Assembly: GCA_036149055.1 (NCBI GenBank)
Contig: JAYZQJ010000017.1
Location: 21,583 to 85,582, forward strand
Direction of reading: 5' to 3'
Origin: Myxococcota bacterium
GTDB lineage: Bacteria; Myxococcota_A; Polyangia; Polyangiales; Sandaracinaceae
Length of the DNA stretch: 64,000 nucleotides
This document shows, piece by piece, positions 1 to 9,721 of this stretch (positions within the stretch are counted from its first letter, which is position 1; the number at the start of each line of letters is the position of its first letter). The notes under the pieces are model-generated. The model was not told the origin of the DNA and ran no database searches. It worked only from the letters and a program-made list of their open reading frames with translations. Both the position numbers and the translations under genes were made by a program.

Positions 1-273
1 GCACTCGTAGAGGTAGAGATCGACCGTGTAGTGCTCGTACGGGTGGGTGCGGAAGCAGATCCACGGCTGCTGCACGCTCACCGCGACGCCGAGCCGCTCC
101 ATGATCTCGCGCGCGAGCGCCTCGACGTCGCTCTCGCCCTCCTCGACCCGGCCGCCCGGGAACTCCCAGAGCAGGGGCAGCACCGCGTTGGGGCGCCGCT
201 GGGTGATGAGGTAACGGCCGTCCTCTTCGACGACGGCCCCCACGACCCGGATGGTCTTGCGATCGTCCGACAC
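1..273 (-). CDS. NUDIX hydrolase (MutT-like), 3' end runs off the window
   Basis: Not in the ORF track. Manual translation from GTG at 273 gives VSDDRKTIRVVGAVVEEDGRYLITQRRPNAVLPLLWEFPGGRVEEGESDVEALAREIMERLGV, containing a Nudix box. Confidence 0.85.
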   Translation of the reverse strand, partial: MSDDRKTIRVVGAVVEEDGRYLITQRRPNAVLPLLWEFPGGRVEEGESDVEALAREIMERLGVAVSVQQPWICFRTHPYEHYTVDLYLYEC

Positions 274-310
274 GAAGGCGGACTCATAGCAGCCGGAGGC
301 CGCGCCGTCA

Positions 311-631
311 CTACCCCCGCGGGTAGCGGCCGACCACGTCACGCTCCGGCCGGTCCACGCTGAGGATGGGGCTGGTGACCAGGTCACGGCCCGCCGCGTG
401 GAAGAAGAGCGACTCGCCGACCTTCGGCTGGCCCGGGTTGGGCATGATGCCGCCGCTCCGGTTGAAGCGGATCCCGCCGTGCACGCGGTTCTTCAGCGCC
501 AGGTGCGCGCGGAGCCACTCGCCGCTCCGGCGATCCTTGACGGCCACGCAGAGGTCACGCCGGACGTGGTACTCGGTGTTCCGCGTCACGAAGACCTTGT
601 GAATGCGCCGATCCTTGCCCTTGAATCCCAT
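311..631 (-). CDS. Hypothetical protein
   Basis: 106 aa ORF with host-like codon usage, GGAGG SD upstream, VFVTRNTEYH motif. Confidence 0.75.
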   Translation of the reverse strand: MGFKGKDRRIHKVFVTRNTEYHVRRDLCVAVKDRRSGEWLRAHLALKNRVHGGIRFNRSGGIMPNPGQPKVGESLFFHAAGRDLVTSPILSVDRPERDVVGRYPRG

Positions 632-681
632 CGGACACCTCCCTGAGCCGTGCGTCCAACCCGGAACCTACATGTAGGACA

Positions 682-1704
682 ATGGGGCACCAAAAAAGCG
701 ACGAACCGATCCTCCTCCGGGGGGACAACTTCACCCCGCCGTCCCGCACCCCGTGGGGCGGCCGCCGGATCCGCGCGCTCAAGGGCATGCCGCCCGGCGA
801 GCCGGTGGGCGAGTCCTGGGAGGTCTCGGTCGGGCCGAGCTTCCCGAGCGTGGACGGCGACGGCCGGCCGCTCTCGGAGCGGGTGGACGAGGGCTGGCTC
901 GGGGGCGAGCGGGCCCGCGGGGGCACCGCGCTGCTCGTGAAGCTGCTCGACACCGACGACGCGCTCTCGGTGCAGATCCACCCGAGCGACGACGCGCCCG
1001 GGCTCGCGCCGGACGAGTCCGGCAAGCCCGAGAGCTGGTACGTCGTGGACCACGCGCCGGGCGCGGGGCTCTACCTGGGGCTCTCGGAGGGCGCGACCGA
1101 GGCGCGCGTCCGGGCCGCGCTCGACGCGGGCGATGATTTGTCGGCCCTGCTGCCCTTCGTGCCGGTGGCGCCCGGCGACTTCTTCGTCATCGAGGCCGGC
1201 ACCCCGCACTGCATCGGCGCCGGGGTGCTCCTGGTCGAGCCGCAGCGGGTCCTGCCCGGGCGCCGCGGCGTCACCTACCGCTACTGGGACTGGAACCGGC
1301 GCTACGACGAGGCCGGGCGCCGCGACCCGGACGGCGAGCCCCGCGCGCTGCATCGCGAGGAGGCGCTCGGGGTCACGCGCTGGGACCTGCCGCGCGGCGA
1401 GGCGCTCCTGTCGCGGGTCCGGCACCGCGCCGGGCCCCCGCCCACCGAGGCCACGGTGGAGCTGCTCTCCGGCGAGGGCGCGCCGCTCCGCTCCGACGCG
1501 CTGGCGGTGGCGCGGGTGGCCGGCACCGGCGTGGTGACGCTGCCCGACTGGGATCGGCTCGCCGGGCTGACCGTGCTCTCCGGCGAGGTGACGCTGGGCG
1601 ACCGGGTCGTGCCCGCGGGCCGGAGCGCCGCCCTCCCCGCGCGCTGGCGGCCCCGGCAGGCCACCCTGAAGCAGGCGCACGCGATCTTGGCCGCGACCCC
1701 CTGA
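682..1704 (+). CDS. manA: Mannose-6-phosphate isomerase, class I (cupin)
   Basis: Motifs PWGG, GESWE, LLVKLLD..LSVQIHP, GKPESW, GTPHCIG. Confidence 0.8.
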   Translation: MGHQKSDEPILLRGDNFTPPSRTPWGGRRIRALKGMPPGEPVGESWEVSVGPSFPSVDGDGRPLSERVDEGWLGGERARGGTALLVKLLDTDDALSVQIHPSDDAPGLAPDESGKPESWYVVDHAPGAGLYLGLSEGATEARVRAALDAGDDLSALLPFVPVAPGDFFVIEAGTPHCIGAGVLLVEPQRVLPGRRGVTYRYWDWNRRYDEAGRRDPDGEPRALHREEALGVTRWDLPRGEALLSRVRHRAGPPPTEATVELLSGEGAPLRSDALAVARVAGTGVVTLPDWDRLAGLTVLSGEVTLGDRVVPAGRSAALPARWRPRQATLKQAHAILAATP

Positions 1705-1722
1705 CGACACCAAGGAGCCGCC

Positions 1723-2760
1723 ATGGACTTCGACGCCATCCTCGTCTTCTCGTTCGGCGGCCCCGAGACCGCCGAGGACGTCATGCCCTTCCTCGAGAAC
1801 GTGGTGCGCGGCCGCCCGGTGCCCCGCGAGCGGCTGGAGGCGGTGGCCGAGCACTACCTGCACATGGGCGGCAAGAGCCCGATCAACGACCGCACCCGCG
1901 AGCTGATCGCGGCGCTCGAGGCGGAGCTCGCGGCGCACGGGCCCGCGCTGCCCATCTACTGGGGCAACCGCTTCTGGCACCCGATGCTCGAGGACACGCT
2001 CCGCCAGATGAAGGACGACGGCGTGAAGCGCGCGGTGGCGTTCGCGACGAGCGCGTTCTCGAGCTGGTCGGGCTGCCGCGCCTACCAGGAGGACGTCGCG
2101 AAGGCCCGCGAGGCGATCGGCGAGGGCGCCCCGGAGGTCGTGAAGATCCGCCCGTTCTTCAACCACCCGGGCTACGTCGAGACCTGCGCGGCGCGGCTGC
2201 GGGAGGGCCTGGCGCGGCTCCCGGAGGCGGCGCGGGCCGACGCCCACGTGATGTTCAGCGCCCACTCGATCCCGGTGAGCATGGCCGCCGGGTGCGACTA
2301 CGCGCAGCAGCTCGAGGAGCTGGCCCGGCTGGTCTCCGAGGAGGTCGGGGTGGCGAGCTGGGAGCGCATCTACCAGAGCCGCTCGGGCCCGCCGCAGGTG
2401 CCGTGGCTCGAGCCGGACGTGCTCGACGCGCTCGACGCCTTCGCCGCGCGCCGGCCGGGCGGCGCGGTGGTGATCGCGCCCTTCGGCTTCGTCGCCGACC
2501 ACATGGAGGTGGTCTGGGACCTCGATCACGAGGCGAAGGAGCGCGCCGAGGCGCTCGGGCTGACCTTCGCCCGGGCCCCCGCCGCGAACGACCACCCCCG
2601 GTTCGTGCGCATGGCCCGGGAGCTGATCGCCGAGTACGTCGAGGGCTGGGACGACCGCCCGGCGGTGGGCGCGCTGCCTCCGCGGCCCTTCCACTGCGTG
2701 CCCGGCTGCTGCCCGCAGGGGGCCTCTCGGCCCCGTCCCTTGACGGGGAAGGGAGCGTAG
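1723..2760 (+). CDS. hemH: Ferrochelatase
   Basis: SFGGPE, GGKSPIN, FSAHSIP, YQSRSG..WLEPD, GFVADHMEV.WDLD; AGGAG SD. Confidence 0.93.
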   Translation: MDFDAILVFSFGGPETAEDVMPFLENVVRGRPVPRERLEAVAEHYLHMGGKSPINDRTRELIAALEAELAAHGPALPIYWGNRFWHPMLEDTLRQMKDDGVKRAVAFATSAFSSWSGCRAYQEDVAKAREAIGEGAPEVVKIRPFFNHPGYVETCAARLREGLARLPEAARADAHVMFSAHSIPVSMAAGCDYAQQLEELARLVSEEVGVASWERIYQSRSGPPQVPWLEPDVLDALDAFAARRPGGAVVIAPFGFVADHMEVVWDLDHEAKERAEALGLTFARAPAANDHPRFVRMARELIAEYVEGWDDRPAVGALPPRPFHCVPGCCPQGASRPRPLTGKGA

Positions 2761-2777
2761 ACAAGAGTCCGCGCGCG

Positions 2778-3506
2778 ATGTCGAGCGAGCCGAACCTCCC
2801 CACCCCGCGCGTCTCGATCGTCATTCCGATCTACAGCGAGGAGGCGATCCTCCACGCGGCCGTCGTGGACCTCATCGATCGCCTCGAGCCGCTCGGGTGG
2901 CCCTACGAGCTGGTCCTCGCCGAGAACGGCTCGAAGGACGCGACGGTGCAGATCGCCGAGGAGCTGGCCGAGCGCTTCCCCGCGGTGCGCACCTTCTCCT
3001 TCGGCCAGCCCAACTACGGGGGCGCGCTGAAGCGCGGCATCCTCGAGGCGCGCGGCGAGTTCGTGATCTGCGACGAGATCGATCTCTGCGACACGGACTT
3101 CTACGAGCGCGCGATGGCGCTGCTCGAGACCAACGAGGCGGACTTCGTCGTCGGCAGCAAGGTCATGCCCGGCGCGAGCGACGAGCGGCCGTTCCTCCGC
3201 CGGCTCGGCACCCACGTCATCAACGGCATGCTGCGGGTGTCCCTGGGCTTCAAGGGCACCGACACCCACGGCCTCAAGGCCTTCCGCCGCGCCGCGGTCG
3301 TCGACGTCGCCCGGGCCTGCCTGGTCGACAAGGACCTGTTCGCGAGCGAGCTCGTCATCCGGGCCGAGCGCGGCGGCGTGCGCGTGGTCGAGATCCCCGT
3401 GCGTGTCCTCGAGAAGCGCCAGCCCTCCATCCACCTCTTCCGCCGCGTGCCGAACGTCATGAAGAACCTGACGAAGCTCTTCGTGGCGATCCGCATCAAG
3501 GGTTGA
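2778..3506 (+). CDS. Glycosyltransferase family 2
   Basis: VSIVIPIY, ENGSKD, GGALKRG, DEID, DTHGLKAF; ATG at 2778 lies within the longer track ORF. Confidence 0.88.
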   Translation: MSSEPNLPTPRVSIVIPIYSEEAILHAAVVDLIDRLEPLGWPYELVLAENGSKDATVQIAEELAERFPAVRTFSFGQPNYGGALKRGILEARGEFVICDEIDLCDTDFYERAMALLETNEADFVVGSKVMPGASDERPFLRRLGTHVINGMLRVSLGFKGTDTHGLKAFRRAAVVDVARACLVDKDLFASELVIRAERGGVRVVEIPVRVLEKRQPSIHLFRRVPNVMKNLTKLFVAIRIKG

Positions 3507-3511
3507 AGCCG

Positions 3512-4426
3512 ATGCGCCTCGCCGCCCTCAGCGTCGATCTGGACGAGATCGGCTGCTACGCGGCGATCCACGGGCTCGACGCGCCCGGCCGGTCGGGCCG
3601 CGCGATCTACGAGCGCGCCCTCCCCCGCCTGCGCGCGCTCTTCGCCGACGAGGGCGTGCCGTGCACCTTCTTCGCGATCGGGCGCGACCTCGACGGGGAC
3701 AACGGCGCGCGCCTGCGCATGCTCGCCGAGGAGGGTCACGAGATCGGCAACCACTCGCTCGATCATCTCTACGACCTCACGCGGCGCGACCGGCGCACGA
3801 TCACCGCGCAGATCGCCGGCGGGATGGAGGCGATCGAGCGCGCGGTCGGCGTGGTCCCGCTCGGCTTCCGGGCCCCCGGCTACACGATCACCGACGACGT
3901 CTTCTCGGTGCTCGGCGAGCTCGGCGTGGCCTACGACTCGAGCGTCTTCCCCTGCCCGGCCTACTACCTGGCGAAGACCGGCGCGATCGGCGCCATCCGC
4001 GCCCGCGGCCGCCGGAGCCAGAGCGTGGTCGACGATCCGCGGGTGCTGACCGCGCCCGCCGACCCCTACCGGGTGGGCAGGCCCTACTGGCGCCGCGGCG
4101 ACGGGGTGATGGAGCTGCCCATCGGGGTTTCCCGCGGGCCCCGCCTGCCCTACATCGGAACCAGCGTGGTGCTCTCGGGGGAGACCGGCGCGCGGCTCCT
4201 GTCGCGCGCCATCGTCGGCCGGCCGCTCGTAAACCTCGAGCTGCACGGCATCGATCTGGCCGACGCCGACGAGGACGGCCTGACCTGGCTGAGGCCGCAC
4301 CAGCCCGACCTGCGGCGGACCGCGGCGGAGAAGGAGCGCGCGCTGCGCAGCGCGATCGCGACCCTCCGGGAGGCGGGCTACCGCTTCGTCACGCTGGGGG
4401 AAGCCGCGGAGGCCTTCGCCGGTTGA
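3512..4426 (+). CDS. Polysaccharide deacetylase (CE4/NodB family)
   Basis: SVDLD, TFF, GHEIGNHS..H, GFRAPGY, YDSS motifs. Confidence 0.88.
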   Translation: MRLAALSVDLDEIGCYAAIHGLDAPGRSGRAIYERALPRLRALFADEGVPCTFFAIGRDLDGDNGARLRMLAEEGHEIGNHSLDHLYDLTRRDRRTITAQIAGGMEAIERAVGVVPLGFRAPGYTITDDVFSVLGELGVAYDSSVFPCPAYYLAKTGAIGAIRARGRRSQSVVDDPRVLTAPADPYRVGRPYWRRGDGVMELPIGVSRGPRLPYIGTSVVLSGETGARLLSRAIVGRPLVNLELHGIDLADADEDGLTWLRPHQPDLRRTAAEKERALRSAIATLREAGYRFVTLGEAAEAFAG

Positions 4427-4435
4427 GGCGGCGCG

Positions 4436-6085
4436 ATGGAGGGGGCGGGCACGACGACGAGCGCAGGCGGACGCGAGCTGCTCCAGAAGCGGGTGGCCGC
4501 GTTCGCGGCGAGCTTCGGCGGCATCATGCTCGTCGGCGTCCTCGCGCGCACGGTCGCGGTGCTGAGCTACCCGGAGCAGCTCTCCTTCGTCCCCGCGACC
4601 ACGATGGTCTTCCAGTTCGGCGCGACCGCGTGTCTCCTCGCCATCTACCTGCTCACCCGCGGCCGGCCGCGGAGCGCGCGCTTCGTCCGGGTGGTGGAGG
4701 CCACCGGGCTGCTCGGCGCGGGCGCCTGCCTCGAGGTCGTCGCCTACGGGATGACCGAGCGGCTGCTCTGGGCCGGGCAGCTCGACCGCCTGCTCCAGGA
4801 TCCGACCACCCAGCTCTTCGGGCTGTTCGCCCTGCTGATGCCGATGGTCGGCGCGTCCTTCGTGCTCACCTACGCGCTGGTCATGCGCGCGGCGTTCGTG
4901 CCGACCTCGGCCAAGCACACCGCGATCCTCACCCTCGCGGTCGGCTCGCCGCTGGTGGTCATCGGCTGGCTGGCCGGCAGCGGGGTGGACGGCGCGCGCC
5001 TCGAGTTCTTCTCCTCGAGCTCCCTCGCGCTCGGCGGCGCCGCGCAGTGGGTCGTCACCACCCTGGTCTGCACGATGATCTCGAAGGTCATCTACGGCCT
5101 GCGCGAGGAGGTGCGCGAGGCGCAGCGGCTCGGCCAGTACACCCTCGAGGGCCTCATCGGCGAGGGCGGGATGGGCATGGTCTACCGCGCGTCCCACGCG
5201 ATGCTCCGGCGCCCGACCGCGATCAAGCTGCTCGCCCCCGAGCGCGCCGGCCGCGAGTCGCTCGAGCGCTTCGAGCGCGAGGTGCAGCTGACCTCCCAGC
5301 TCACCCACCCGAACACGGTCACGATCTTCGACTACGGCCGCACCGCCGACGGCGTCCTCTACTACGCGATGGAGCTGCTCGACGGAGCCACGGTCGAGGA
5401 GGTGGTCGAGATCGACGGCCCGCAGCCGCCGGCCCGGGTGGTCCGGGTGATGGAGCAGGTCGCGGGGGCGCTCGGCGAGGCGCACGCCATCGGGCTCATC
5501 CACCGCGACGTGAAGCCGGCCAACATCGTGCTCGCGCGGCAGGGCGGCGAGCACGACGTCGCGAAGGTCGTCGACTTCGGGCTGGTGAAGGAGATCGAGC
5601 GACGGGTCGGCGCGACCGTGAGCCGCGAGGGCACCATCAGCGGGACCCCGCTCTACATGGCGCCCGAGATCCTCACCGAGCCCGACGCGGGCAGCCCCCG
5701 GAGCGACCTCTACGCGCTCGGCGCGGTCGGCTACTACATGCTCACCGGCGAGCACGTCTTCGAGGGCAAGACGGTGATCGAGATCCTCGGCCACCACATG
5801 CACAGCGAGCCGCTGCCGCCGTCGGTGCGGCTCGGCGATCAGGTGCCGGAGGACCTCGAGCGGCTCATCCTCGACTGCCTCGCCAAGAGGCCCGACGACC
5901 GGCCGCAGACCGCCTCCGAGCTGCGCCGTCGGCTCGAGCAGTGCGACGTGCCCCGGTGGACGCAGCGCAAGGCGCAGCTCTGGTGGGAGGCGCACGGCCC
6001 CGCCCTCACCTCGCGCCGCTCGTCGGGCCCGCCGCCGAAGAGCGCGACGACGATGACCGTCGACCTGATCACGCGAAGGGCGTGA
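4436..6085 (+). CDS. Membrane-anchored Hanks-type Ser/Thr protein kinase
   Basis: N-terminal hydrophobic helices; GEGGMGMVY, AIK, HRDVKPAN, DFG, GTPLYMAPE. Confidence 0.93.
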   Translation: MEGAGTTTSAGGRELLQKRVAAFAASFGGIMLVGVLARTVAVLSYPEQLSFVPATTMVFQFGATACLLAIYLLTRGRPRSARFVRVVEATGLLGAGACLEVVAYGMTERLLWAGQLDRLLQDPTTQLFGLFALLMPMVGASFVLTYALVMRAAFVPTSAKHTAILTLAVGSPLVVIGWLAGSGVDGARLEFFSSSSLALGGAAQWVVTTLVCTMISKVIYGLREEVREAQRLGQYTLEGLIGEGGMGMVYRASHAMLRRPTAIKLLAPERAGRESLERFEREVQLTSQLTHPNTVTIFDYGRTADGVLYYAMELLDGATVEEVVEIDGPQPPARVVRVMEQVAGALGEAHAIGLIHRDVKPANIVLARQGGEHDVAKVVDFGLVKEIERRVGATVSREGTISGTPLYMAPEILTEPDAGSPRSDLYALGAVGYYMLTGEHVFEGKTVIEILGHHMHSEPLPPSVRLGDQVPEDLERLILDCLAKRPDDRPQTASELRRRLEQCDVPRWTQRKAQLWWEAHGPALTSRRSSGPPPKSATTMTVDLITRRA

Positions 6086-6794
6086 CCGGCTCCCAGCCGC
6101 GCTTGCCGCGCGTCTCGACCGCCTCGCGCGCGAGCTGATCGGCCTTCTCGTTGAAGTCGTGGCCCGCGTGGCCGGGCACGTAGTGGAGGACCACGTCGTC
6201 GATCTGGGCCAGCGCGGCCTTCACGTCGCGGATCAGCTCCTTGTTCTTCTTCGGCTTCCAGCCCTTGGTCAGCACCCCGATCGAGTACTGGCTGTCGGTG
6301 TAGATGCGCACCGGCTTGTCGGTGCCGGCGAGCTCGGAGGCCGCGCGCAGGATCGCGGTCAGCTCCCCCACGTTGTTGGTGCCCTCGCCGAGGTACTCGC
6401 TCAGCTCCCGCGAGTCGTCGCCGTCGAGGATGAGGACGCCCAGGCCGGCCGGCCCGGGGTTGCCGCTGCAGGCGCCGTCCGCGTAGACGATGATCGCGCC
6501 CTCCTCGTGGGGCGGCGGCGCCGCGCTCTTCTTCGAGCTCTTCTTCTTGGGCTTCCTGGCCCCGCCCTTCGCGCTCGGCTGGCTCTCCGGGACCTCGGCC
6601 TCCGCGCAGTGCGCGTCGGGCAGGATCGCCGCGCCGTCCACCGGCGTCAGGTTGCGAACGCCGGCCCGGTAGGCGCGTCCGTCGTTCGGCTTGTACCGGA
6701 TCTCGACCCGGCCCCCTTCGGCGACGGGCTCTCCGGCGGCGTCGACGCGCGCGAGCACCTTGGCCCCGCGCAACAGCATCGGCTTCCACGGCAT
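6069..6794 (-). CDS. rnhA: Ribonuclease HI with N-terminal extension
   Basis: YADGACSGNPG, TNNVGEL, YTDSQY, VPGHAG..NEKADQLA. Confidence 0.9.
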   Translation of the reverse strand: MPWKPMLLRGAKVLARVDAAGEPVAEGGRVEIRYKPNDGRAYRAGVRNLTPVDGAAILPDAHCAEAEVPESQPSAKGGARKPKKKSSKKSAAPPPHEEGAIIVYADGACSGNPGPAGLGVLILDGDDSRELSEYLGEGTNNVGELTAILRAASELAGTDKPVRIYTDSQYSIGVLTKGWKPKKNKELIRDVKAALAQIDDVVLHYVPGHAGHDFNEKADQLAREAVETRGKRGWEPVTPFA

Positions 6795-6849
6795 CGCGCG
6801 ACTCCTACCACTTGCGAGCCCCGCGGGCACCCCTCATACGAGACGGGCC

Positions 6850-7782
6850 ATGCCCATTCGCGCCCGCCTGGTCGGCGCCGCCCTCCACTACGGCCTCCGC
6901 GCCGCCGCCGCCGCCGGCAAGCTCCGCCCCGACGCCCGCCTCGATCGGTACGGCATCGAGGTCGACTACGACGTGCCCTACGGGCCGGCGCGCCACGAGC
7001 GCCTCGACGTGTACCGCCCGGCGAGCGCGACCGGCCGCGCCGCGCTCTACCTGCACGGCGGCGGCTTCCGGATCCTGAGCAAGGACACCCACTGGATGAT
7101 GGCCAAGATGCTGGCCCGCTCCGGCTGGACCGTGTTCAACGCCGACTACCGCCTCGCGCCGCAGAACCCCTTCCCCGCCGCGATCGAGGACGCGTGCGCC
7201 GCGCTCGACTGGGTGATCCGGAACGGCGCCCGCTACGGCGCCGACCCGAACGAGCTGCTCCTCATCGGCGAGTCGGCGGGCGGCAACCTCGTCACCGCCC
7301 TCGCGCTCGCGACCACCTTCGAGCGGCCGGAGCCCTGGGCGAAGAAGGTGCACGCGCACGGCGTCGTGCCCCGCGCGGTGGCGCCGCTGTGCGGCATCCT
7401 CGAGGTCTCGAACGGCGAGCGGTACCTGCGGGACGAGCGGCTGCCCCCCGTGGTCCGCGCCCGCATCCAGCAGGTGTGCCGCGCCTACCTCGGTGACGAA
7501 GGCGACGAGGAGCGCCTGTTCTTCGCCGATCCGCTCCGCGTGCTCGAGAGCCCGCTCGAGCCGGCGCGCCCGCTCCCGCCCTTCTTCGCCTCGGTCGGCA
7601 CCGGCGACCCGATCCTCGACGACACCCGCCGCCTCCACCGCGCGCTCGAGCGCCGCGGCGTGCCCCACGAGGTGCGCTACTACAGCCGCGAGATCCACGC
7701 CTTCCAGGCGCTCTACTGGACCGCGCAGGGCCGCCGCAGCTGGGAGGATCTGTTCGCCTTCCTCGACGCCGTCAGCTCCTGA
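6850..7782 (+). CDS. Alpha/beta hydrolase (HSL-family esterase/lipase)
   Basis: HGGGF, DYRLAP, GESAGG, D-P-I, H-A-F catalytic motifs. Confidence 0.9.
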   Translation: MPIRARLVGAALHYGLRAAAAAGKLRPDARLDRYGIEVDYDVPYGPARHERLDVYRPASATGRAALYLHGGGFRILSKDTHWMMAKMLARSGWTVFNADYRLAPQNPFPAAIEDACAALDWVIRNGARYGADPNELLLIGESAGGNLVTALALATTFERPEPWAKKVHAHGVVPRAVAPLCGILEVSNGERYLRDERLPPVVRARIQQVCRAYLGDEGDEERLFFADPLRVLESPLEPARPLPPFFASVGTGDPILDDTRRLHRALERRGVPHEVRYYSREIHAFQALYWTAQGRRSWEDLFAFLDAVSS

Positions 7783-7784
7783 TC

Positions 7785-8270
7785 TCAGCTCCTGAACCAG
7801 GTGTCGCCCTCGGGCAGCGGGGGGCAGACGGCGTCCGGGTCCTCGACGATGCGCCAGTGGGTCTCGTCGGCGTCGCGCGCGAAGACGACCCGCTCGATGC
7901 CCTCGAGCCCGGAGGCGGCGGTCCCGAGCCGCCGCTCGAGGACCGCGTCGACGACGACCTCGATCTCCTCGCCGAACCGGTCGAGCACGTAGTCGGGGCT
8001 CTCGCGCGGGTAGTTGGCGAAGAGCCGCACGAAGCCCGGCGACGCCGGCCGGGCGTCGGGGTTCAGCCAGGCGAAGTCGGTGGCCATGCAGACGTCGACG
8101 CGCGCCGGCTCGGGCGGGCCAGCGTCTTCGACCGACCCTGCGTCATCGAGCCCTGCGTCATCGAGCCGCCCGGCGTCGATGGGCGCGGGGTCGATGGGCG
8201 CGGGGTCGAGGCCATTGGACAGGTAGCAGCCCTGGAGGGCGAGGAACGCGAAGCAAGCGAGGCGGGTCAT
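7785..8270 (-). CDS. Hypothetical lipoprotein
   Basis: MTRLACFAFLALQGC lipobox; DAG/PAPID repeats. Confidence 0.6.
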   Translation of the reverse strand: MTRLACFAFLALQGCYLSNGLDPAPIDPAPIDAGRLDDAGLDDAGSVEDAGPPEPARVDVCMATDFAWLNPDARPASPGFVRLFANYPRESPDYVLDRFGEEIEVVVDAVLERRLGTAASGLEGIERVVFARDADETHWRIVEDPDAVCPPLPEGDTWFRS

Positions 8271-8347
8271 CCAGGAGAGGATGACGCCGCCTCGCGGGGG
8301 CCGAAAATGGACCGGCTCCATGGGAGCCATGGGCACCGGCTATCGAT

Positions 8348-9043
8348 TCAGAACGCCGCGCGGAGGGCCCGGCGCTGGCCCGGGGCGAGGTCGACCTGGA
8401 GGACCTGGTCGGTGGTGCGGTAGCGGGCGAGCACCTCGTAGCTGCCGCTCGAGACGCGGCCGGCGACGCCGCTGCCCAGGGTGCCGACGACCCGGCCGTC
8501 ACGCTTCACGTAGGCGATGCCCGGGGCGTGCTGGCCGTTCGCGGTGAAGCGCACCTCGAGGATCGAGGTCTCGAAGGCGGCGCGCGCGGTGGCGAGCCCG
8601 TCTCGGGTCACCGTCACGCGCACCGTCTGCTGCGGGCGGTCGAGCGCCGAGGTCAGGGTGAGCGTGGCGTCGTAGGTGCCGACGGGCAGCTCGAGGGGCA
8701 CGGTGCAGTCGCCGCTGGCGAGCACGGCGCCACCCTGGCGGAGCTCGATCGTGCCCGGCGCGTAGCCGCCGTTGTCGGTGATGCCGCAGGCGATCCGGCC
8801 GCGCTCGGCGGGCGCCGGCGTGGGCTCGGGCTGGGTCCGGGTCATCGCGTGGCTGGGCCCCCGGGTCATCGGCCGCCACTGCTGCGCGGGCGGCGCGACC
8901 TGCCTCGGCTGCACCGTGTACGGTGTGGCCTGGGGGCTGTACCGGAAGGTCCGCAGGGTGTACTGGGCGTCGGCGGCCGAGCCGCTCAGGGCCAGTCCGG
9001 CGAAGAGGGCGAAAGCGAGAAGTTTCGTGAGGTTGGCCGTCAT
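8348..9043 (-). CDS. Hypothetical secreted beta-rich protein
   Basis: Signal peptide ending ADA-Q; two PEGA/Ig-like repeats (GTYDATL, GSYEVLA); AAGG SD. Confidence 0.7.
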   Translation of the reverse strand: MTANLTKLLAFALFAGLALSGSAADAQYTLRTFRYSPQATPYTVQPRQVAPPAQQWRPMTRGPSHAMTRTQPEPTPAPAERGRIACGITDNGGYAPGTIELRQGGAVLASGDCTVPLELPVGTYDATLTLTSALDRPQQTVRVTVTRDGLATARAAFETSILEVRFTANGQHAPGIAYVKRDGRVVGTLGSGVAGRVSSGSYEVLARYRTTDQVLQVDLAPGQRRALRAAF

Positions 9044-9136
9044 GTTCGTTCCTTGCACCGAACGGATCGACGCAGGCCGCCCCGGGGCATTCAAAGACGA
9101 GCGGCGTGCGGCCCCCAGGAGCGGTAGATCGGGGCC

Positions 9137-9328
9137 ATGCGGTACCGAGTCCGGTCCAGCTGGCGCACCCGCGTCCTGCTCTTGATCGCGGTGATCGTCG
9201 CCGGCGTGATCGCGTGGCTCCGCGTCGGCGACCAGCTCGACGCCTCTCCGCCCCCGCCTTCTTCGGTCGAGGCGCCTTCGGAGGACGAGCCCTACGCGGT
9301 CGACGTCGAGCTCGTGCCTTCGCCTTAG
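9137..9328 (+). CDS. Small single-pass membrane protein
   Basis: 63 aa ORF with one hydrophobic helix and host-like codons. Confidence 0.5.
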   Translation: MRYRVRSSWRTRVLLLIAVIVAGVIAWLRVGDQLDASPPPPSSVEAPSEDEPYAVDVELVPSP

Positions 9329-9345
9329 GCTGGCTTCGTCGGGGA

Positions 9346-9650
9346 CTTTTTACTCTCGCAAAGGCGCGAAGCCGCAAAGGGGCTTGGCGGGCGGCGACAT
9401 GGGGGCTCGCCGGCGCTCGGACCGCTGCTCGTTCGGGGAGTCTGCTTGAATTCGAATTGTCTCTCGCAGAGGCGCAGAGGCGCAGAGATGGGGCGTTGGG
9501 GGTGGATTGCGGTCGTCGCGCTGGGCGCGCACTGGAGGATCCTCGCGGGCTCCGGCTCGGCGGCTCCGCGGGGCGACGCCAAGCGAGGTGCGCGCCCTCC
9601 CACGGGCCTGCTCGCCCTCTGCGCCTCTGCGCCTTCGCGCCTTTGCGCGA
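9346..9650. repeat. Intergenic inverted-repeat (REP/REPIN-like) element built from CGCARAGG 8-mers
   Basis: CTCTCGCAAAGGCGCGAAGCCGCAAAG at 9353, CTCTCGCAGAGGCGCAGAGGCGCAGAG at 9461, and an inverted copy at 9617-9650. 9346-9415 recurs inverted at 62300-62371. Confidence 0.8.
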
Positions 9651-9721
9651 AATTATCTGTCACCCGATCGACCCGGAGCGAGTGAGGGTCGGGGACGATC
9701 TTCCCCATTTCCCCATCGCGG

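Noticed and set aside
100..165. Nudix box variant (REIMER instead of RExxEE) as a novelty
   Set aside because: A single substitution in a partial gene; such variants are common and not interpretable here.
586..5995. Long minus-strand ORFs 586..2694 and 3101..5995
   Set aside because: Antisense shadows of manA/hemH and deacetylase/kinase, typical of high-GC DNA; no motifs.
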